NCBI GenBank assembly: GCA_019636565.1
Contig: JAHBXG010000004.1
Coordinates: 36,949-100,948 of the forward strand
Length of the DNA stretch: 64,000 bases
Source of the DNA: Phycisphaeraceae bacterium
Lineage (GTDB): Bacteria; Planctomycetota; Phycisphaerae; Phycisphaerales; UBA1924
Direction of reading: 5' to 3'
This document shows positions 58,208 through 64,000 of this stretch, piece after piece. Numbering within the stretch: the stretch's first letter is position 1; every line of letters begins with the position of its first letter. Position numbers and translations under genes: made by a program. Under the pieces are notes generated by a model. It saw only the letters and a list, made by a program, of their open reading frames with translations, was not told where the DNA came from and did not search any database.

Positions 58208-59641
58208 ATGTTCCTGCGAATGGTCTATGACGACAAACTGGCCGAGGCCGCGTATCTGATCGGGTGCCAACGCACCGGGGAAGCGATCGTGATCGACCCT
58301 GAGCGCGATGTGGACCGCTACGAGAAGATCGCGGCCGCCAACGGTCTGCGGATCGTCGCCGTGGCGGAGACGCACATCCACGCCGATTTCATCTCGGGCG
58401 GGCGAGAGTTGGCCGAGAAGGGCGCGAAGGTCTATGTCTCCGACGAGGGGGACGCCGACTGGAAGTACCAGTGGCTTGACAAGAAGATGTGCGGCGGCGA
58501 GTACGACTACCGCCTGCTCAAGGACGGCGACACGTTCATGGTCGGCAACATCGAGTTCAAAGCCGTCCACACGCCTGGGCACACGCCCGAGCACCTCTGC
58601 TTCATGGTGACCGACCGTGGCGGCGGCGCGGACAAGCCCATGGGCGTGGCGACAGGTGACTTTGTGTTCGTCGGCGATCTCGGCCGGCCCGACCTGCTGG
58701 AGTCCGCCGCGGGGTTTGCGGGCAAGGCCGATCCATCGGCCCATCGGCTCTATCAGACCGTGCGGAAGTTCATGGCCTGGCCCGACTACCTGCAGGTGTG
58801 GCCCGCGCACGGCGCGGGGAGCGCGTGCGGCAAGGCGCTGGGTGCGGTGCCCCAGAGCACCGTTGGCTATGAAAAGATGTTCAACGCCTCGGTGCTGGCA
58901 GCCAAGACCGAGCAGGAGTTCGTTGACTTCATCCTCGACGCCCAGCCGGAGCCACCCCTCTACTTTGCGCGCATGAAGCGAGACAACAAGGTGGGACCGA
59001 GAGTGCTTGGCGGACTCCCAACGCCACGCGAGTTGTCGGTGGACGACCTGAAGAAAGTCGTCGAGAAGAAGGCGATGGTCATTGACACCCGCCCGTGGGC
59101 GGCGTTCAGGCAGGGTCATCTTCCTGGGGCTTTGCACCTGCCGCTGAACAACACGTTCAACACCGACGCGGGCTCGCTGATCGGCGAACACGATGTGATC
59201 CACCTCATCATCGAACCGTCGCGCGTGGACGAGGCCGTGCGAGATCTGATCCGCGTGGGATTGGACAAGTTCTGCGGTTGGTACGACGCAAACAAACTCG
59301 ATCAGTTCGAGGCGGCAGGCGGGACACTCGTCCCGACCGCGGAGGTCACTGTGAGCGAGGCCCGGGTCATGCTCGACACGACCAAGCCCTTCGTCCTGGA
59401 TGCTCGCCGCAAGGCCGAGTTCATCGAGGGGCATCTGCCCGGCGCCACGAACATCGCGCACACGCGACTGCTGTCACGGCTCGCCGAGGTGCCCAAGGAC
59501 CGGCCCATCCTGGTCAACTGCCGCAGCGGGGCGCGGTCGGCGCCGGCATGCTCGCTCCTGCAACGTCACGGGTACCAAGTCACGAACCTCGCGGGTGGAA
59601 TGCTCGCATGGGAAGCGGCAAAGGTGCCGGTTGTACAGTAA
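58208..59641 (+). CDS. MBL-fold persulfide dioxygenase-like protein fused to two rhodanese domains (CstB/Blh-like architecture)
   Basis: AAGGAG lies upstream of ATG 58208. The sequence contains ETHIHADFISG (HxHxDH-type metal motif) and HTPGHTPEH. Two rhodanese-like regions follow; the last has the active-site loop NCRSGARS. Confidence 0.85.
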   Translation: MFLRMVYDDKLAEAAYLIGCQRTGEAIVIDPERDVDRYEKIAAANGLRIVAVAETHIHADFISGGRELAEKGAKVYVSDEGDADWKYQWLDKKMCGGEYDYRLLKDGDTFMVGNIEFKAVHTPGHTPEHLCFMVTDRGGGADKPMGVATGDFVFVGDLGRPDLLESAAGFAGKADPSAHRLYQTVRKFMAWPDYLQVWPAHGAGSACGKALGAVPQSTVGYEKMFNASVLAAKTEQEFVDFILDAQPEPPLYFARMKRDNKVGPRVLGGLPTPRELSVDDLKKVVEKKAMVIDTRPWAAFRQGHLPGALHLPLNNTFNTDAGSLIGEHDVIHLIIEPSRVDEAVRDLIRVGLDKFCGWYDANKLDQFEAAGGTLVPTAEVTVSEARVMLDTTKPFVLDARRKAEFIEGHLPGATNIAHTRLLSRLAEVPKDRPILVNCRSGARSAPACSLLQRHGYQVTNLAGGMLAWEAAKVPVVQ

Positions 59642-59746
59642 ACCAATTGGCGCTCCTCGCGGTCACTTGGCACGTTCAGCAGGACCGTACCTTCGGTCCA
59701 AGGCATGTGGTCCGCCAGCGTGGGGAACCGATGAGGGAGGATTCGC

Positions 59747-60628
59747 GTGATCCTCGCTTGGCTCGGAGCTGCGGCGGTCGGGCTTTCGCTGGGGCTGCTC
59801 GGCTCAGGCGGGGCGATTCTGACAGTGCCCATTCTGGTCTACCTCGTCGGGCACGACGAGAAAAGCGCGATCGCGGAATCGCTGGCGATCGTCGGTGCCA
59901 TCGCCATGGCCGGGGTCATCCGTGCCGCGATGCAGAAGCGGGTAGACTTTCGGAGCGCCGTACTCCTGGCGGTGCCCGGCATCGTGGGGACCTACGCAGG
60001 TGCTCACGTGGCGAAGTACATCCCCGGCGCGGTGCAACTGGTGCTGCTCTCGGTGCTCATGCTGACGGCGGCGACACTCATGTTCAGGTCGCGCCCTGCG
60101 CCCACTGCTTCCCTTGCTGAGTCTTTGTCTCCGCCTGCTGCGCCCGCACGCGGCCCGCTCTGGATCATCATGGTGCAGGGCATCGGTCTCGGGCTGACGA
60201 CGGGCTTGGTCGGGGTGGGCGGCGGTTTCCTCATCGTCCCGGTGCTCGTGCTTCTGCGCACACTCCCCATGCCCTCGGCGATCGGCACCAGTCTGGCGAT
60301 CATCGCTGTCAACTCCACAACGGGTTTCCTCAAGTACCTCTCGATGCTGGGCGATCAGCCCGGGGGTAGCGGCGCAGCCCTGCGCGTCGATTGGAACATT
60401 ATCGGCGTGTTCATCGCCATCGGCATCTCGGGCAGCCTGATTGGCAATGCCCTGGCGGGCCGGCTCAATCAGGCGACGCTCAAGCGGGTCTTCGCGGTCT
60501 TCCTGGTCGTGATGGCCGGGTACATCCTGGTCCGGCAGGCCCCGCGTGTGATGCCGGGCGTCTTCGGACCCGCCGCTCCCGCCGCCCTTGGCGCGTCTTC
60601 AAACGCTGCGCCCGACCGGGAACCTTGA
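59747..60628 (+). CDS. TauE/SafE family sulfite exporter-like membrane protein
   Basis: GTG 59747 is preceded by GAGGGAGG. The duplicated motif GLLGSGGAILTVPILVYL / GLVGVGGGFLIVPVLVLL is typical of TauE/SafE (DUF81). Confidence 0.85.
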   Translation: MILAWLGAAAVGLSLGLLGSGGAILTVPILVYLVGHDEKSAIAESLAIVGAIAMAGVIRAAMQKRVDFRSAVLLAVPGIVGTYAGAHVAKYIPGAVQLVLLSVLMLTAATLMFRSRPAPTASLAESLSPPAAPARGPLWIIMVQGIGLGLTTGLVGVGGGFLIVPVLVLLRTLPMPSAIGTSLAIIAVNSTTGFLKYLSMLGDQPGGSGAALRVDWNIIGVFIAIGISGSLIGNALAGRLNQATLKRVFAVFLVVMAGYILVRQAPRVMPGVFGPAAPAALGASSNAAPDREP

Positions 60629-60718
60629 GCCGGCTTCTCGCCTCCAAAGAACGTCAACTCCGATTCGTCACCCTCGCCGCGCGGCACCAAGCCTAGAGGC
60701 ACTCGCAAGGAACCACCA

Positions 60719-61357
60719 ATGACCGCGATCGCCAACAACGGCCCGATCAGCACCAACACGCCCGCGTCCACGCCATCGGTGTCCGCATCATTCCACGAGG
60801 CCACCCCCGCGCAAGTCCGCCAGTGGCTGCGCAGCGGCGAGGCGGTCCTCATTGACGTGCGCGAGCCCGACGAGTTCGCCCGTGAGCACATCGCCGGCGC
60901 AACGCTCCTCCCACTCTCACGCTTCGACCCCGCGCAGGCACTGTCAAAGGCCAAGCCGGGTCAGCGGATCGTGTTGCAGTGCAAGAGCGGCCGCCGCTCC
61001 GCCGACGCCTGCCGCCTCGCCGCGCCGCTCGCAGGGTCAGGCCTGCCGGTCTTCACCCTCGCGGGCGGCATCGAGGCGTGGAAGAAGGACAACCTCCCCG
61101 TCGAACTCAACACCAAGGTCTCGGGGATCAGCGTGATGCGCCAAGTGCAACTGGTCATCGGCCTGTGCGTGCTCGCCGGGTCCGCGCTGACGTGGTTCGT
61201 CGATCCACGCTTTGTCGGCATCCCCGCCTTCTTCGGCGCGGGGCTGACCTTCGCCGGCGCGAGCGGGACGTGCGCGCTGGCCACGATGATCGGATGGATG
61301 CCGTGGAACAAGGCCGCAGCGGGCGCCGGCTCGTGCAGTGCGGGTCGATGTGGTTAG
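60719..61357 (+). CDS. Rhodanese domain + DUF2892 membrane domain protein (YgaP-like sulfurtransferase)
   Basis: The rhodanese region is LIDVREPDEFAREHIAGA with active-site loop QCKSGRRS. The C-terminal region (QVQLVIGLCVLAGSAL...GASGTCALATMIGWMPW) is DUF2892-like. Confidence 0.85.
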   Translation: MTAIANNGPISTNTPASTPSVSASFHEATPAQVRQWLRSGEAVLIDVREPDEFAREHIAGATLLPLSRFDPAQALSKAKPGQRIVLQCKSGRRSADACRLAAPLAGSGLPVFTLAGGIEAWKKDNLPVELNTKVSGISVMRQVQLVIGLCVLAGSALTWFVDPRFVGIPAFFGAGLTFAGASGTCALATMIGWMPWNKAAAGAGSCSAGRCG

Positions 61358-61435
61358 CATTTGATCGGGGGAACCCCCAATTCGCTTCGTTCATCTCACT
61401 CGCCCGCCAGCGGGCACTCTTTGGAGTACAGACGT

Positions 61436-61660
61436 ATGGCTCTCTGCAAGAATGTCGGTTCGGTTGATCGCGGCTTCCGTGCCATCGTCGGGATCGCCGC
61501 GCTTGTGCTCGCGTTCACAGCACTGAGCGTGATGGCGGGTTCACTGTGGGGGATCGTTGCCACGGTGGTCGGCGTCATCATGTTGATGACCGCTGCGATC
61601 GGAACGTGTCCCCTCTATGTGCCCCTGAAAGTATCGACTTGCAAGCCTGCGTCACGGTGA
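61436..61660 (+). CDS. DUF2892 small membrane protein
   Basis: The start is ATG 61436 (MALCKNVGSVDRGFRAIVGIAALVLAF...IGTCPLYVPL), 74 aa, typical of DUF2892. Confidence 0.75.
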   Translation: MALCKNVGSVDRGFRAIVGIAALVLAFTALSVMAGSLWGIVATVVGVIMLMTAAIGTCPLYVPLKVSTCKPASR

Positions 61661-61720
61661 GCCCTCGCTCTTGCTGAGATGCCTGTCGAAGTAAACCGCT
61701 CACCACCCTGGAGATTCCTC

Positions 61721-62854
61721 ATGTCCAAGTGCTCACACAGAACTGCTTCGTCGTTGGCGAGTGCTTGCCTTGCTTCGCTCTGGCTCCTTGGCGCGTGCGT
61801 GGGGTCGTCGATGTCGGCCAGCGCCTCAGCCGAGCAACCCGCCTCCTCACAGACTCCCGCGAGTACAACGCCCGCCAACGACTCGTACCCGGGCGTGAAC
61901 TCGGTCGCCAAAGACCGTGACATGTGGCAGGAACTGCTAGGCGCAAACACCAAAATCCGCCGCACAGTTCGGCACACGGAGACGGGCGTCGAGGCCGTCA
62001 CGGAGTCCGACGACCCAGCCGTCGCCGCGAAGATCATCGAGCACTCCAAGGCGATGCAGGCCCGCATGAAGGTCGGTGCCCAGGTTCGCTTCTGGGACCC
62101 GGTCTTCGCCGAACTCTTCAAGAAGCACGGGGCCGTGAGTATCGAGGTGACGCCAACGGACAAGGGCGTGAGGATCGTCGAGAGCAGCGCCGATCCCGAG
62201 GCCGTCGTCCTCCTCCGCTCGCACGCGATGGGTGTCAGCGAATTCGTGCGTGAAGGTTTCAAGGCTGCGCCGCGGCAAACTTCTAAGTTCAAGGTCGGTG
62301 ACCCGCTCCCGGCCCCGGAACTCGCCATCGGCGGAGTGCCGCACCGCTTCCTGCTCACGCAGCCCGACGCCATGCAATTGGCCGGGCTCAAGTCCGCCGG
62401 TGTGGCTGTGGTCATTAACTTCCGCAAGCCCGCCGAGCACCCGGAGTACAACGAACAGGCCGCAGCCGCCAGCACCGGCCTGACTTACTGCAACCTCCCG
62501 TACGCGGGCGCGGCGGAGATCACCGACGAACTGCTCGACTCGGCCCGTGCCGCGATCAAGGCTGCCGACGAGAAGGGCGACACCGCCGCGCTGCACTGCC
62601 GCACCGGCAACCGCATCGGGCCGGGGTGGGCCGCGTACCGGGCCCTCGACAAGGGCGTACCCGTTGAGCAAGCCATCGGCGAGGCCAAGGCCATGCAGAT
62701 GGTGGACCCGCTCATGGAGACAAAGACACGGGACTACATCCGGCGCAAGACTTCAACGGCCAGCGCCTGGACGCCGGTCGCACCCAATTCGTTGACTCAC
62801 TCGCAACAAACCCAGCGGCAGCTCGCACTCGATGCGAAGGACGCGATGGGTTAA
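61721..62854 (+). CDS. Lipoprotein with C-terminal DUF442/PTP-like (sulfurtransferase/phosphatase-fold) domain
   Basis: ATG 61721 is followed by a lipobox (LASLWLLGAC). The C-terminal region (AGVAVVINFRKPAEHP...ALHCRTGNRIGPGWAAY) has a Cys-loop like DUF442/beta-lactamase-hydrolase-like phosphatase domains. I did not recognise the N-terminal half. Confidence 0.7.
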   Translation: MSKCSHRTASSLASACLASLWLLGACVGSSMSASASAEQPASSQTPASTTPANDSYPGVNSVAKDRDMWQELLGANTKIRRTVRHTETGVEAVTESDDPAVAAKIIEHSKAMQARMKVGAQVRFWDPVFAELFKKHGAVSIEVTPTDKGVRIVESSADPEAVVLLRSHAMGVSEFVREGFKAAPRQTSKFKVGDPLPAPELAIGGVPHRFLLTQPDAMQLAGLKSAGVAVVINFRKPAEHPEYNEQAAAASTGLTYCNLPYAGAAEITDELLDSARAAIKAADEKGDTAALHCRTGNRIGPGWAAYRALDKGVPVEQAIGEAKAMQMVDPLMETKTRDYIRRKTSTASAWTPVAPNSLTHSQQTQRQLALDAKDAMG

Positions 62855-62962
62855 AAGTTCAAATCCTCGCACCAGTCGGGCTCAAAACGTGGGAATCCGA
62901 GCACTTAGGCGCGGGCGTTTGAACCGGCAAGACATTGCGTAAGTCTCGCTGCCCACAACGAG

Positions 62963-62993
62963 AAAGCCCTTCGATGCGTCATCGAAGGGCTTT
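62963..62993. terminator. Perfect 13-bp hairpin between the DUF442 gene and the tRNA-Pro 3' end
   Basis: AAAGCCCTTCGAT-GCGTC-ATCGAAGGGCTTT lies 14 nt beyond the tRNA-Pro 3' end (minus strand) and 109 nt after the plus-strand stop at 62854. There is no long T-run on either side, so terminator function is inferred. Confidence 0.55.
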
Positions 62994-63005
62994 ACTCTGA
63001 AACAA

Positions 63006-63080
<75 letters not shown>

Positions 63081-63179
63081 CTGGTGTGGGGCGATCGTAG
63101 CGCCGAACGGGTGGGCGGATCAATCGGACGAAAAGAATTGATTCGACAGCCGCGCAAACCAATTGCCTGCAACCCGAGG

Positions 63180-63980
63180 CTATCGGGGCAGATTCGGGCG
63201 GATCGTGTAGACGTTGTCGTCGGTTGTGGACGGATCGCCATCGGGTCCGGCGGAGTAAAAATAGGGTCGGCGGCTCGGGGCGGTGCCGCCGTCGGCGTCG
63301 TTCTTGTAGTCGGCTCGCGTCTTTCCCGTGGGAAGGTTGACAGGCGCGGGGTCGCGGCTGAAACCCGTCATCAGCGATAGATTGAAACCATATTGGATCC
63401 CAGTCGGCGCCGTGCCCAGCACGTCGGTGAGAATCTCGGTCGTACCCGTTCCGACTCCGTGGATGCCGCCAAAGCGCGGGTGCACGTAATGCATCGGATT
63501 ACCCCAGACGTCGAGTATCTGGGTTGTACGTACGCCGGTGTGCTCAAAGTCCGATTTTGCGTCCGCAGTCTTGACGATGCCGGTCTTTCGAAGGCGCGGG
63601 TCGATTTGCTGAATTGCTTCCAGCGCAGAACTGCCCTCGGACTGAAGCTGATAGACGTACCACGCGGTCGAATCCATTTTCTGAAGTGTGGGCGCGCCGA
63701 CATCGATGCTGCCGTCGATAATCGGTACACGCTTGTTCGCATTGAGCGGATCGCGAACGGTCGCAGCCGGGATTGCCCCGTTCGCCTGGATGTACTCCCC
63801 CACCGACGTGTCGAGCGCCTGCAACGCCCACTGCGTCCCGCGCTCGCGTCCGACGGAGACGACTTTGGTCCCGGCTGCAAGTGTCAGGCTGACAAGAATC
63901 GCGATGATCGTGATGACCACGAGCAACTCGATGAGCGTGAAGCCCGCGGCGCGGCGGCTGGACTGCCTGGAATCGGACAT
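63180..63980 (-). CDS. Prepilin-type N-terminal cleavage/methylation domain protein (type II secretion/pseudopilin-like)
   Basis: ATG 63980 is preceded by GGAGG; the track start at 63992 is an in-frame GTG that covers this SD. The N-terminus is MSDSRQSSRRAAGFTLIELLVVITIIAILVSL. Confidence 0.85.
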   Translation of the reverse strand: MSDSRQSSRRAAGFTLIELLVVITIIAILVSLTLAAGTKVVSVGRERGTQWALQALDTSVGEYIQANGAIPAATVRDPLNANKRVPIIDGSIDVGAPTLQKMDSTAWYVYQLQSEGSSALEAIQQIDPRLRKTGIVKTADAKSDFEHTGVRTTQILDVWGNPMHYVHPRFGGIHGVGTGTTEILTDVLGTAPTGIQYGFNLSLMTGFSRDPAPVNLPTGKTRADYKNDADGGTAPSRRPYFYSAGPDGDPSTTDDNVYTIRPNLPR

Positions 63981-64000
63981 AGAAACCTCCACGACGGACG

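Noticed and set aside
58136-60120. ORFs 58136..59461(-) and 59095..60120(+)
   Set aside because: They are Arg-rich shadows of the MBL-rhodanese and TauE genes.

Overview
Visibly GC-rich bacterial chromosomal window (GC not computed). The gene content looks Planctomycetota-like: ECF sigma factors paired with Ser/Thr kinases, a Cys-flanked dockerin-like anchor, and a prepilin-type N-terminus protein. This taxon call is inference only. I support about 48 protein-coding genes, 2 of them disrupted. I also support 2 tRNAs (Arg-CCG, Pro-CGG), a fluoride riboswitch ahead of crcB-DUF190, and a few hairpin terminators. I saw no rRNA, CRISPR array, transposase or integrase. Many long ORFs in the track are Arg/Pro/Gly-rich antisense shadows of real genes and were rejected. 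Positions 1-49 kb are mostly ordinary housekeeping or envelope genes (tricorn-like protease, GT9, LOG, nth, NDH-2, hmgA, MscS, cinA, pyk, aspS). Local oddities there are a predicted pseudokinase, a HerA-like ATPase next to a beta-CASP nuclease, and a DoxX-like gene with an in-frame TAG. The most unusual structure is at 49.3-63.1 kb. Four junction modules of about 200-250 bp each carry an 11-nt copy of the 3' end of tRNA-Pro(CGG). Each copy has a terminator hairpin on one side and a conserved arm on the other (33 nt identical between two copies). The modules lie in direct orientation 3073, 3050, 2310 and 5088 bp apart and end at the intact tRNA-Pro gene. They delimit four gene modules with no recombinase: a frameshifted kinase-propeller gene, a DUF1254/DUF1214 pair, SulP, and a persulfide/sulfite-handling cluster. 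I read this as tandem accretion of att-flanked, integrase-less cassettes at a tRNA gene, or as a new cassette-junction element. It needs genome-wide and comparative checks.
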